Shown piece by piece: positions 23,879 to 39,899 of a stretch of DNA of 64,000 bases (its first letter is position 1; every line of letters begins with the position of its first letter). The stretch lies in the NCBI RefSeq assembly GCF_009914755.1, contig NC_060935.1; one strand, 5' to 3'. The translations under genes and the position numbers were made by a program. Under the pieces are notes generated by a model. The model saw only the letters and a program-made list of their open reading frames with translations, was not told where the DNA came from and searched no databases. This DNA comes from the human T2T-CHM13v2.0 reference genome, Homo sapiens.

Positions 23879-26165
23879 TTAAATATGCTAAACTTTTGGT
23901 TTAGTTACTATCCCTATCCAAAGGAAATAGATTGCAGCACCAATTGGCTGACTTTGAGTAAGTAGTGAGGTACATTTTACCTCGGTAAAGGATAGGATTG
24001 GGTTTGAGGCCCAACTTAGGAAGATTAGAGTCCCTCATAAGATTTAGGGGGTTAGAGGTCCCTCTCAGTAAAGTCCCTCTTGGTTAAAAATGGATTTGGC
24101 ACTACAGAATGTTAACCACTATTCTCTTTGAATTTAATCTGCCTTGCACTATTTGCTGATAGCTGTGGGTGACAGGATTAGGTGTGTACAGGAACATGGG
24201 ACTGCTTTAAGAGATCGCTTTGCGACTGACAAGTGGCTGCCTGAACATTTGATTCAGTGTCACTGCAAGGGGTTGGCCTTTCTCTGGCCTCCCTGAGCTC
24301 CTAGTCTTCCTCACCTCAGCACAGCCAATGCTTTTCTCTCTCTTTCTCCTTTCCCTTTCCTCTCTTTTCTGTTACTCAGAGCAACCATCTTGCCCAGAGA
24401 CCCACATGTTGAAACTTCTATAATCAACTTTGAATGGATCAAAGATGACAGGGCCCAACCAGGGGCAAGTTTGAGCCCTGACAGTTCAATATCTGGTGCT
24501 AAGCAGAGTGGCTAATGTCTGTTTTGTCACATGAATTTTGCTCTGACCAGAATGGAAAGTGTTTATTTGGTAACCCCATGCAAGTTCTGGGCAGCACCTT
24601 GCAAAATTGAGCGGTGTTGCCTATGATTTCACGAAATGGAAAAAAGTAAGTTTCCTTTGTAATGTGGATTGGCCCCCAGGGCTATCGTGCAGCAAGCAGC
24701 GTGGCTAGGGCTGCTCGGGAAAGGAAACTCAGAAGCCTGACATGCTGGCAAAAGGGTAAGAATTTCTTACCAGTCAGACTTCTGGCCTCTCTCTCTCTCT
24801 ATGCAAACTGGTTGTAGGAATGGCAAAAATCACTGTCTCCTCTACAAAGTTGTAATTAATGAAAAAAAGGATTCATGAGGCTAGTCTTAAGCTGTGGCAA
24901 ATCTGGTGTACTTTGTGCTTTGAATTCGTCTTTCTGCATTGTTTTGTCATAAGAAGTGGTATCATGTGATAGAATGCAGGCCTAGGACCCCCATAAACTT
25001 CCTGTTCAAGTTAGCCTGGTCAGTGACAAACTTTGCTGCTGGTCTCCAAAACAACAAAAAAACTGGATGAGGTTTCCCCCTCATCTTGTTTTACATCTTT
25101 AGGAGCTTGACCTTGTAACCACATGGCCATACTTTCTCTTGGTCTTTGCCATCCAGGGAACAGGAATTTTGGGGTTGGTGTCATAGTTAGCTCTAAAAAT
25201 TATCTTGAAAAGTTAAAAACCATTGCAAGCTCAAAATGGACTGCTCTAGGCTCCTTGTGGGAAGAACAATGAAACCACCCAATGCTGTAGCTTAGCATCT
25301 AAGGCTTTGTCTTTTATAATGGCAGTCAGAGTTCAATTCCTGGCTTAGGGAATGAGTCCTGTTTGGTGTGATATCTGGTGTGAGTTTTGCCATTTATTGA
25401 TTCTCTTCTTCTCCATGAACAACTTCTGACTTCCCATTTTGAATTTTCCTTTCTCTGAAAAGAAAAGGTTACCTTCGTTCAAAAGCCAGAAATATTTGCT
25501 GTTTGTTCTGGCTAGAGTTTCATAATAAGATATTTGGTTAAAAGTCAGCTTAGTTAAAAGCAGATAGTCAAGCTACAGGTATATTTAAAATGCCTTTATG
25601 GTTCTTCCTCTTCTTGATTCTTATTTTTCTGGGAAAAAAAGTTTTGTTTTTTATTTTCAGTCAACCGAATTGTATTTCTCCATTTTGTCTTCTTACCACT
25701 CTTGATGCACACATGAGGAGACCTAACATAACTTCTAACAGTCTAGGACCCCTGGGGAAAAACAGAGGAGGAGCCACAGACCCTGTTATGGGAAAAACTT
25801 GTTTTCGTCATGAAACCCCAGGAATTGAAAGCACATAGATCCCTCTCAAAATCTAAGGCTAAATATAGTTTTGGGGATGGCAAATGGCAGTTATGGGGAA
25901 ATACTCGGCTCTTTGCATGTTTTGATCAGAGAAGCATGCTCTCGGCCATGTAGAAAGTATGGAAATGTCCCCACCTCCTACTGAGAGATAAGAGTCCCAT
26001 GGAGCTGGGCTGATCACAAAATGGGCTGATCAGCTTTGGGTTGCTTTGCAATGAAATGCAAAGTAAAACCATTGCTCTGGCTAGGCGTGGTGGCTCACCT
26101 CTGTAATCCCAGCACTCTGGGAGACTGAGACAGGTGGATCACTTCAGACCAGGAGTTCGAGATCA

Positions 26166-26390
<225 letters not shown>

Positions 26391-27478
26391 TTACTGTCTT
26401 GTTCTATAGCATTTCTCTTTTGGGGATCTAGGATCCAGTATTGTTAGGAGTAGCGAATATCCAAGTAACTGGCAGCAGATCCAAATGAGTATGCAGAACC
26501 TAAATTCTTGCCTCTTCAAAAGAAAGAATTTGACTGAGGGGCACAAGACAGAAAAAGAGACTGAGGCAAGTTTCAGAGCAGGAGTGGAAGTTTATGAAAA
26601 AGTTTTAGAGGAGGAAAGAAAGAAAAGTACACTTGGAAGAGACCAAAGTGGGCACTTTGGAGGTCAAGTATTCCCTTTAACCTTGATCCTAGGACTTTAT
26701 ATACTGGTGAAGCAGCTACATTGTCTGGGGTACATACCCTGACAATGTACCCTGGGGTTTGTTGTCACACACTAGGGAAATTTAGGACTGTGTAAACAAG
26801 GTATGAGGCCAGTTCTCCCCATGGGGCTTTTATCAGCTCTGCAGGTACAGGTTGACTCCTTAAAGGGAAGCATACCCTTCCAGTCAAAGCCTTGATAAAA
26901 TAACCAATTTTTCCAATTGTGTCCTGTCAAAAAATAAAAATGGATTCTTATTGCACCGATGCAAACAACTATATCACCATAAGTTGTTTGGCAATATAAC
27001 TGCCAAACACACAGATAGTTTCCAAATTCTAGAGGAACCAGGCAGAGAGAAACAAACATGCTGCAAATTTTGTTCACAGAAGTATAACTTACTCAATTAT
27101 TAAAGACCATAAATAGTTCAAAATCAGTTTCCTTGATGCTGAAAAACAAAACAAGGATCAGAAATATTCTAAGCAAAAGTCAAAAAGGTTGCTTTAACTT
27201 TCTGAGTGCAGTCCATTTAGTTAATTCATTTTGCTTAACATTGGTGAACATGTCAGTTCTTTACGAGTCCTGTGCATTTTTTCTCGATTCCAATGTTACA
27301 ATTTTCAAAGCTATTAGAAAACTGCATTTGAGAACACTGTTAAAGTCTTATAGCTTGGGCTGGATGTGGTGGCTCACACCTGTAATCCCAGCATTTTGGG
27401 AGGCTGAGGCAGGTGGATCACCTGAGATCGGGAGTTCAAGACCAGCCTGACTAATACGGAGAAACCCTGTCTCTACTA

Positions 27479-27789
<311 letters not shown>

Positions 27790-28936
27790 TTATCTCCATG
27801 GTTTATAAAAACTTTACCCTTAATTATGATTGATAGCATACACTTAGACATTAGAATTTTAGAAATTCCATACAATTTTGGAACATATATTATTATTATT
27901 CACCAAAATATAACCTAAAGAAGATTAGACATCATTTTGGCAATCTCATGTGACTAAACATACCACATAATCCTGTTTACCACTTCTCTGGATGTTTCAG
28001 GGACCCTCTGAACCATCCAGAAAGTCAGACATCAAGAAAGACAATTTTGAAACTTGAAGTTTGATTTTGGGGTGCCTGTTAAATGTTAAAGGTTTAAAAC
28101 ACTTGACGTTATAAAATAGAATTCCAGATTTCCATAAATTATTTTACCAAAATGATGACTCAAAAGGCAAAAACCGTTCATTAGCCTTTACTATTGCACA
28201 AAAATCCTGTTCAAGGCCAAATTTTACCCTTGCATTACTTTATTAATGTTAATCCAAATTTATTGAAATGAAACCTTATAAAGGATTCCATCTAATCTTA
28301 ACCAATTTGACCATAAGGTGAAATCTTTACAAATCCTTTATAACCCCTTTTTCTAAAGGGCAGATTAGTGTCTTAAGACAAACTTGCTGTGCTTTTATTT
28401 AAATGCTCAATTTATAAAAAGACCACATAATACCTTTTTGAATGTAGTTAATGTTTGTACATTTTTTGCAAGATTAATATTTACCATCTTTTCACAACTT
28501 ACTTAAACCTTTAGCTGTATCATATAAAATTTAAGATAATCCCTCATCCCTGGGAAAATTTACATTTCCATGCTTTCTTATAATCTTTTACTAAAAGACA
28601 TATTTTACTGTTTTTATATGCCTTGCATATAAAACTGTTTAGTGACCTTAAATACATGTTGCACTGTTAACTCTTAGCAACTTTTACTTTTGGTGAAAAC
28701 TTAGTTAGTAAGCAATTTCAATCATGCACCAGGTGTGGAGCCTAGGATCCAGACAGAAGTGCAGATAAGGTCGGACTCTTTCCAGAGTCTAACTCCATGT
28801 ATTCCAGGCCTTGCCTATCTGTAAAGCAGGCAGTATACAACCTTGGAACGTTTAGCAAACCTAGCATCTGACCTTGTATGATTTAGACCACCTATTTGCT
28901 TTTTGATGACACCTGCGTTTTATCAATAATCCCTAA

Positions 28937-29266
<330 letters not shown>

Positions 29267-30398
29267 TAAAGATTAAAGTCATGTGAACTAAAAATATATT
29301 TGATTTAAGTGCTTATTTTCTTTTAGAGCCAGCTCTTTTTTACAGATATTACACACAACATATATATGCACAGACAGAAGAAGATTTAGCACTTGCAAGA
29401 TTTGTCATTTGCCAGTTTCCTGATTAGATTACTGGCTTCAGGGTGGAGCCCTTGGAGGAACAGGGCAAGGCGACATGCATTTTTAGGGTCTAATAAGCAG
29501 GCACAGCTGATGGCAAAGACAGATCTCTAAAATTAAAGGATCCATTTTATACTGGACTTTGGATCCCCAAAAGGAGGGAAATACTATGAGAGAAGACAAT
29601 GCAGTGCTTCTACTGTGTATTTCATTGCAAGGCAACACAAAGCCAATTGGCTTATTTTGTAATCAGCCCATCCCCCATGGGAGTCTCATCTCTTAGTTGT
29701 GGGTGGGGATGTTTCCATATCTTTCAGGTGGCCAAGAGCATGCTTCTCTGATTTATAACTATTATTAGCCATCCCTTAAACTGTATTTCCTACCTAGTTA
29801 TTACACACCAAAACTCTCTCCTAATGTGAAGTAATTTAATACCCCCAAAACTCAAAATTGTCAGATAACACAATGCAAAACACAACAGAACCTTTGATTT
29901 TAAGAGAGAACTATGTGCTTTTAATTCCTGGGGTTTCATGAGGAAAACAGAGGTTTTTTTCCCAAAATGGGGTCTGTGGTGCCTCCTCTGTTTTTCCCTA
30001 GGAGTCCCATGCTACCAGAAGTTATCTTAGGACCTCTCATGCATGCATTAAGAGTGGGAAGACAAAAAAAAAAATAGAGAAAAATAATTCGGTTGACTGA
30101 AAAGAAAAAAAAAAAAAACCATTTTCCAAAAAAAAAACAAGATCCAAGAAGAGAAAAACATAAAGGCCTTTCAAATCTACCTATAAATTGAATATCCACT
30201 TTTAATTAACCTGGGCACTCTTTAAGAAAATCGTTTTAAATCCCTTGTTACTCAACTTTAACCATGCCAAGCAGTTAAGATTTTCAATTTTTGAACGTCA
30301 CAAAATGTAACCTCACAGGTGAAACCAATGAGCCTTAATTAGGTTATGACTTAACCATGAGTATAAAAGGTATTTTCAAAAGGGTGATAAGGAGCTTT

Positions 30399-30830
30399 TG
30401 AAATTGTCATTGCAAAATTGTGACTGAGAAAGTGAAAGAGATCTGATCCAAACAGCTCCATTTTGCATCCAGCCCCCAAGTTGTCCTTGTCCATCCCAGG
30501 CATAGGCCAAACCAACTTTGGGAGGAGGCTGGTTTACAGTTTATAGTCTGAACCAAAGATGATAACAGCCCTTTCTTAAGATATACTTCCCTCTTGCCTG
30601 GGGACTGGACCAAGAACCTTGCCACAAGATTAGAAACCATGGCCTAGGAGTCACACAGCTGGAGGCTACACGATTTTGACCCTCCCCAAACTGCTCTCAA
30701 GATTGGTGCTTAAGATATTTTGTAAACCCTGCCCTTGATGGATCAGCTGCCACCACTCAGATTGACAAACTGGCTTATCTGATTTTGTGGCCCTCACCCA
30801 GGAATTGACTTGGTACAAGAATACAGCCAC
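30399..30830 (+). mobile_element. LTR8-like fragment embedded antisense in the inner provirus
   Basis: TGAAATTGTCATTGCAAAATTGTGACTGAGAAAGTGAAAGAGATC resembles the recalled LTR8 5' end; no 3' end or TSD seen. Confidence 0.55.
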
Positions 30831-31499
30831 CATTGTAAAATGGCAGAGACTAAAACAAAGTATTGCCATGTGGTTACAGGTCATGTGCCCAAGGACATGA
30901 AACAAGATGGAGACTTGTAGCCTAGTTTGTTACTGACCATTTTGTTGTGCTGGCTTGAACAGCAGGCTTATGGGGTCCTGGGCCTGCATCCTAACCTAAG
31001 GTACCCTTTTTCTTTTGACAGAACCATACAGAAAGACTCACAAAGTACACCAGATTGACTACAGCTTAAGACCAACCTCACAAATCCTTTTTCATTAATT
31101 AAAACTTTACAGAGAATATAAACAATGATTCTTATTATGCTTTTTGCCAGTTTGCATAGGGAGAGAGAAGACAAAAGCTTGACTGGTTAAAAAAAAAAAA
31201 AACTTTTACCCTTTTGCCAGCATGTCAGGCTTCTGGGTTCCCTTCCTCCTAGCTCAACCCTAAGTGGAGCATTTTAAGGTTTGGGGAAGTCAGCTTTTCC
31301 CAGGTTGGAAGAACATTGTAAAAGAACTATTTTAAACTGTGAAAGGAAAGATACCATAGAAAAGTCTAGGGGATCCAAATAGGGTTGTCAAGAGGTGCTG
31401 CCTCTCTTCCTATTAGGGATGGTGTTTCCCCTATTTCTTCACCTTTTCTATTGTCCCTTTTCCTTTTAGACCTACTATAGGAGACATATTGCTCATCTC

Positions 31500-32100
31500 C
31501 CAAATTTCTCTGCTGCCTACATAGCTGCCTGCTTCTCAGCTGCGGTTAGGGTTTGGCTTAGGAGCAGCACAACATCCCGCTATGAGAGGACAAATACCTA
31601 TTTTGGAAGTCTTCTATATACCTATCAGAGTCATCAGAAAATCAGCCTAAGTCTCCCTTTATTTGCTTAAGATCCTGTAATGAGAAGGGAACTTGAAACC
31701 TAGTAGCATCAGCTCCATTGGGCATTTCCTGTAGGGGGAAGACTGAAGCCGGGGGAGTGGGAAATTTTGGAGATGGTAGAGATGGAAGAGCTGGTGGTGT
31801 GGTTGGTGGTGGCTCCAGATAAGGGGGAGTGGAAGGGCTGAGACACCCGATAGCTTCCTCAGATGGTTCCCCCAGAAGTTGCTTTTTTACTTTTGGGGAA
31901 TTATTCTCTTTGGGCCTGCCAGATAAGATTGCTAAAAGAGCTGTGTTGATTTTAGAATGCTTGCAAAAGGTCTAGTAAAAAGGCCATGTCCTTGTGCAAA
32001 ACAAAATGAGCCACTTTTTCTTTAAAGTCTCAGGGTGAAAGGGGTCCCAGTGCTTCAGAATGCACTCCAGGGGAGTGCAGGTTGAAGATGGTACCCATCT
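31500..32100 (-). pseudogene. gag: Gammaretroviral-type gag remnant (MA/CA)
   Basis: Minus-strand translations TPLECILKHWDPFHPETLKKKWLILFC and FQVPFSLQDLKQIKGDLG*FSDDSDRYIEDFQ, separated by a proline-rich spacer. Confidence 0.75.
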
Positions 32101-32832
32101 AGAAAAAGAAGTGAGAAAAGGGCATCCCTTTAGTCTCCTTTCTTTTGGTGTGACCCAGGGTGGAGAGGAAGACAGTGGGGATGTCCCCTCCTGCTGTTTT
32201 CCATCCATGATTTCTGGGTCCTGGCACATGCCATCCATGGTTGCAGGTATGACCCCCCCCAGCCATGGAAGAAGAGGAACTAAGCAACTAGGGCTAGTCA
32301 CACTCACCCAAGTGGCTCTAGTCCTCTCCCTGTGATTTCCCTTTGACTTCCTAGACTTATGTGATGGGCCTGGCTCCCCTAAAAATGGATCTCAAGAAAA
32401 ACTACGTAATAGTTGGACAAAGCCCCTTTAATGGAAGGGGCGTGTGAGATTGAACACTATATCCTGCTATTATGGCCCATGCTAAAGCATTTACCCTTAA
32501 AGAATGGTTCTGGTTAACTTCCAAACTTAAAATCCCCTCACTAATTAAGTACCATTCTAATTGGAGGCAGAATAGGTGCTGTAAAAGAACATAGGGACTA
32601 AATGGCCATTTTCCTGCTGAAGGGACAGTATCGAGACTAAAATTTGGCTTCAGAGTATATTTTACTCCTAGTTGTTGGAGGCAGAATTTTCCTGTTTACA
32701 GAAGCAGCATAAAGCCTGGTTTCTGGTAGAGGGGTGCACAAAGGGGAGAGAACTGGGAAGCTAGGGTGTTTCCGTGAAGGACCAACAATATGCCTCATTG
32801 AGAGGATCTCTATTCCACTAGGGAGCACTGTT

Positions 32833-33004
32833 GACCTTGAAACACCTTGCGCTCTCTAGACTAGGGGCAGAGTGAGCTTGACATGCCATGTGCTCTCCAG
32901 ACCAAGGGCAGAGAGTGACCTGGAAGTGTTATGTGCTCACCAGACAAAGGGCAGAGAGAGACTTGGGAATACCCTGTGCTCTCTAGACCGAGGGCAGAGA
33001 GTGA
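32833..33004. repeat. Four diverged ~41-bp tandem units in the ERV leader
   Basis: Unit approximately GACYTGGAA..CC.TGTGCTCTCYAGACCAAGGGCAGAGAGT. Confidence 0.8.
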
Positions 33005-36000
33005 TGCTCACTGTTGTGGGGGAACCTCTGTTCCTAGAAAATTACAAAGACACCTTCCCTTGAGCTGTATCCCCAGTTACTATGACATTCCCTGATCCTG
33101 CCAAACAAGATTACTTCCCTGAACTGTAAAACTTCCCACACATTGCATACACAGAGAGGATAAGCTATATGACCGTTGTGGACAGGAAAAGAGGAAATTA
33201 TGATAGGAAAGTTGGAGATCTTGTTACTGACACCCCATTGGGGTGGTCAGAGACTGGGGTCCGTCCAGAAGCCTTTAGATAACACTGAGGGGTAGCTCCA
33301 GCCAGAAATCCTCAGTTGCTCCAGGACTTCTTCCAGCCCCATGTGATGGCTAAGTCCTCCACGAAAGGAAACTGGTTTAAACATGGCCAATACAGGCCAG
33401 GCACAGTGGCTCATGCCTGTAATCCCAGCACTTGGGGAGGCTGAGGCAGGTGGACCACCTGAAGTCAGGGGTTTGAGACCAGCCTGGCCAACATGGTGAA
33501 ACCCCGTCTCCAATAAAAACACAAAAATTAGCTGGGCATGGTGGCACACGCCTGTAATCCTAGCTACTTGGGAGACTAAGGCAGGAAGAATCACTTGAAC
33601 CTGGGAGGCGGAGGTTGCAGTGAACCGAGATCGCACCACTGCACTCCAGCCTAGGTGACAGAGCAAGACTGTCTCAAAAAAAAAAAAAAAGGTGGCGGGG
33701 GGCGGGCAATATGCCCAGCATCCTATGGATACTGGGGCTTCTCCATGTTCTCCACAGCAAGCCTGTCCCCCAAGTCTTCTAAGGCTGGCAGCCACACTAA
33801 TCATTTTTAAATGGCTAAAGGGGGCCCAGTATTTGGTTTGATTTAGTTCTAAAATGGAGGCTGAGAGCCTCAAAATGAAAGGACAGAGTTGGAGTCCACT
33901 CCTCTACTCACTCTTCTGATGAATGCTATACCTTGGTATCCCAGGCAAGGTCCCCATTATGAAGCAGCTACATTGTCTGGGTAATATAACCTGGGGTTCA
34001 TTGTCGCCTGCCAGGGAAATTTAGGACATGGACACACACAAGGAGTTTAGGAACAGAGGTAGAAGAGAAAGAGAAACAGCTTCCTGTATAGAAGAAGGGG
34101 CCTTGAGTGGAAAAGACTAGCTAGCAGTCAATGTGTCGAGTTCTATAGTCCAGTTTGAGGAGGCAATTCTGATTTACCCAGGGCTCATAGATTGGTTTGA
34201 TCAGGTATGACGTTTACACAGTGCATGGGGAAGGCTGTCGTCCCACCCTAATGTTTTTATGCAAATGGGCTTTCTAGTTGATTAGTGCCATCTTGTCTGC
34301 TCCTTTACAGTACATGTGGCTGGAAGAGAAGGGACGATGGAGCCTCCGCCTTGAACATGTCTAGTCCTTAGTTCCTGCCTGCATTCACCCATGCAAGCTT
34401 CCATCTTGCAGCCTGCTCTTTGTTAGAAAATGATTTGCGGCTGCTCTTCATCAAAAAGAAAAGCCTTACTGAGGACTCCCATACCCTTCCTATCTGCCTA
34501 AGTGATTTCTTCTTAACTGCTATATCACTGGCACACTTCTAGCCTTACACCACATTCCCTTCATTCTCTTTCCTTAGGGTGAGCTGCCCACATGCACAGT
34601 GCTCTCCTTAAACTTGGGAGGTAAGCTTGTGCGGTGTGTTTAAGAAGTTGTATACCTGGCTGGGCGCAGTGGCTCACACCTGTAATCTTAACACTTTGGG
34701 AGGCCGAGGCGGGCGGATCATGAGGTCAAGAGATTGAGACCATCCTGGCCAACATGGTGAAACCCTGTCTCTACTAAAAATAAAAAAATTAGCCGGGGGT
34801 GGTGGCATGTGCCTGTAGTCCCAGCTAAGGCAGAAGAATCGCTTGAATCCGGGAGGTGGAGGTTGCAGTGAGCCGAGATCCTGCCAATGCACTCCAGCCT
34901 GGGCCACAGAGCAAGGCTCCATCTTAAAACAAATAAAAATAAAAGAAGTTGTTGTACACCTGCCCACCTGAAGATTTCTTCCCTTTTCTGGTGAAATGCC
35001 CCTGGAAGGTCATACTTCACCATTTTATCTGATAATGCAGACGCCAAAGCTCACTCCCCCAATTCCTGGTATTTTATTGGAAGCTGCTGATTACCAATAT
35101 CTAGCATTTTTATCCGTTGGGAAATTGTCTCTCCCTGGCCTCTATGACCAATTATAATTTTTAGAGAGGCAGTGTGGCAACTGCCAAACCATCACCTGAT
35201 CATCGCCTGACATTCCTGGTTGGGTGGAGGTGAGCCCTTTCCTGCCCTGCTCATGCCTGGCTAGCTACCTAATGTAACAGTATGAAAATGGGACCCTGAA
35301 TTTTTTGGGATCTGTTTTGCTTTCCAGATGCTGTTTATTAGGCCCAAGAAACTACATGTTTTCCTAGCCCTGTTCCTCAGAGAACTGCATCCTGAAGCCA
35401 GTAATCTAATTAAGAAACTTAAAAACTGGCAAATGAAAACCCTTACAACTACTGGATCTTCTTCTGTGTAGTTATATGTGTTATGTGTGTAACGTTTATG
35501 TTTGAAGGAGCTCTTGTTAATTAGCTTAGAAATAGCAAATGCTTAAATAATTTTTTTTTTTGTCAGAGAATTAGAAAACTAATGCCTTTTAGTTCATGTG
35601 ACTTTAGTAAGCTTTGGGAAATAAAAAATTTTAAAGATTATTGGTCAAATAAAGACATTTGGTCTAAATTAGGCAGGTTAGATATTAGATTTGCTAAATT
35701 CTTTAAGGTAATAAACTGCTTCTTTAACTTTTGAAAATTGTTCAACTTACCTGCTCTGGAGCCATTAGATTCTAGGTGAGGCCTGGGGACATATGGAGTT
35801 AGCCATTCCCCCTGATTATGCTGGAAAGAGTCAGATGTTATGTGGACTTCTGTCTGGTGTCCTGGGCTCCACACCTAGTACATAATTATAATCGCTTACT
35901 TACCAGGTTTTTCACCAAAAAAAAAAAAAAAAAGAAAAATTGCTAAGAGTTAGCACTGTAACATGTAATTGAGACTTATGAAAAAAAAGGCAGTTTTACT

Positions 36001-36473
36001 TGGAAGGTGTGTGAGGAAAACTGAAATGTGCTTTTAGTGAAAGATTACAAGAAGGCATGGGAATGTAAATTTTTGCCTAGTTTAGAGGGTTAAAGGATTG
36101 TTTTAAATTATGTAGGATAAAGCTAAAGGTTTGAGCAAGTTGTGGAAGGTTTGTGAAAAATTAATCTTGTAAAAGAAATTCTGTGTGTGAACATATTGGC
36201 TAAATTTAAATTGAACATTGGAATGAAAGCACAATAGGGTTTTCTGAGAGCATTGATCTGCTCTTTAACAATAATTCGTAAAAGGTTTATGAGAATCTTA
36301 CCTTATGGTCAAATTGATTAAGACTGAATAGCTGTCCATTCTTTGCTAACGTTTGGCCGGGCGCGGTGGCTCATACCTGTAATCCCAGCACTTTGGGAGG
36401 CCAAGGCAGGCGGATCACAAGTTCAGGAGATCGAGACCATCCTGGCTAACATAGTGAAACCCCGTCTCTACTA

Positions 36474-36704
<231 letters not shown>

Positions 36705-37150
36705 TTAATAGTACACTAACACAAGGATGAAATTTGGCTTTCTCTCTTGAACAAGATTTTCATGTAATATTAAAGGATAATGAAAGATTTTTGTTTGCCT
36801 TTTGAATAAACTACAGGAAAAACAAGGGAAAGACAAGAGACAGATTGTTTGGAAAGCTAAGTCTTCCCTCTATCAATTGGTAAAGGTTTTCGCTTTTTTT
36901 AAATTTTTGAGTCATCATTTTGACTAAATGAATGACTTACAGTGCCCTGGAATCCTACTTTATAATATCAAGTGTTTTAAACCTTTAACATATTTGGCAG
37001 GCCTCCTGAAATCAAAGTTCATCTTCAAAATTGTCTTTCCTGACCTCTAATTCTGGGATACTACAGAGGGCCCCTGAAGCATCCAAAAGAGAGGTAAACA
37101 GGATTTTTTGACATGCTAAGTTATATGGGAAGCATTTTTTTTTGTTTTGA

Positions 37151-37309
<159 letters not shown>

Positions 37310-37931
37310 TAGTACAGGCGGGGTTTCTCCACGTTGGTCAGGCTGGTCTCGAACTCCTGACCTCAGGTGATCCATCCATCTCGGCCTCCCAAAGTGCTGG
37401 GATTACAGGTGTGAGTCACCATGCCTGGCTGGGAAGCATCGTTAAAAAGAATAATAATGGGCTGGGCACAGTGGCTCATGCCTGTAGTCCCAGCACTTTG
37501 GAAGGCCGAGGCAGGTGGATCACGAGGTCAAGAGTTCAAGACCAGCCTGACCAACATGGTGAAAACCCGTCCCTACTAAAAATCCAAAAATTGGCTGGGC
37601 GTGATGGTGTGTGCCTGTAATGCCAGCTACTCAGGAGGCTGAGGCAGGTTAATCACATGAATCCAGGAGGTGGAGGTTGCAGTGAGCTGAGATCACGCCA
37701 TTGCACTCCAGCCTGGGCAACAGAGCGAGACTCCATCTAAAAAAGCTTAGCCTCCTTCAGGTTATATTTTAGTGAATGTTATTAATATTTGTTCCAAAAT
37801 TGTATGGGATTTCTAAAATTCTAATATGTCTGAGTATATGTTATCAATCATAATTATAGTTATTATGTTAAGCTATTCTAGACTACAGAAATAACCAAAT
37901 TTCCTTGTTGATTTGTCTTTTACTATGACTA

Positions 37932-38264
<333 letters not shown>

Positions 38265-38689
38265 TTAATTACTTAATTCAGATGCAGCTTCTGAAAACTT
38301 CACAAGTACACAAAAGCCTATAATATGATGTATTTTAGGAAGTTCAGGAAAGGATGGAAAAGACCCTGAAAAGCACTTTTGAATACAGGTTTCTGACAAC
38401 TTCATAATCATATCATTTAGACTGGGTGAGAATTCCTGGAACTGTAATGAAAGGACTGACTGGTTTATAAAACTGCTAACCAAAGTAGAACAAAAATTAA
38501 TTGAATACCAAGAAAATACTTTGCCAGATTTTCATGCTAAATCAGCCAATACTAAAATTGTGTAGATACACAATGAACTCCATGGTCTAAGTCAAATTAC
38601 TTATGATAACCCATCAGTTATTAGTGCTATGCTCCTAAATTGGAGAAACAACTGGTATTCAAGAAGGCATATGTTCAATGTTAAGCATG

Positions 38690-39610
<921 letters not shown>

Positions 39611-39899
39611 GTTTCTCCTAAGAAAATGGCATCCTTGATGTGGACAGCTTTTCCCAAGATCATGAATCAAGACTTCTCTACTATCATGAGATAGTAGAAT
39701 ATTTATCTTTGAATATTTTTCCCTTTGCTTATGCCTCTATAGACAATAGAGGTGAAAAGGGGGTCTGTTCTGTGCACTTATGGGGTATACTTTTATTTGT
39801 CAGGGATTTTGTAGCCAGCTTTATACACAGATAACCTTACATTTTGATAGATGAAAGATGAAAGCCCAACGTAGGTTGAGAAACTTTAACGATACATAC

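Noticed and set aside
32833-33004. Regularly spaced repeats resembling a CRISPR array
   Set aside because: Contiguous diverged tandem units without unique spacers, no cas genes, and located within a primate ERV leader.
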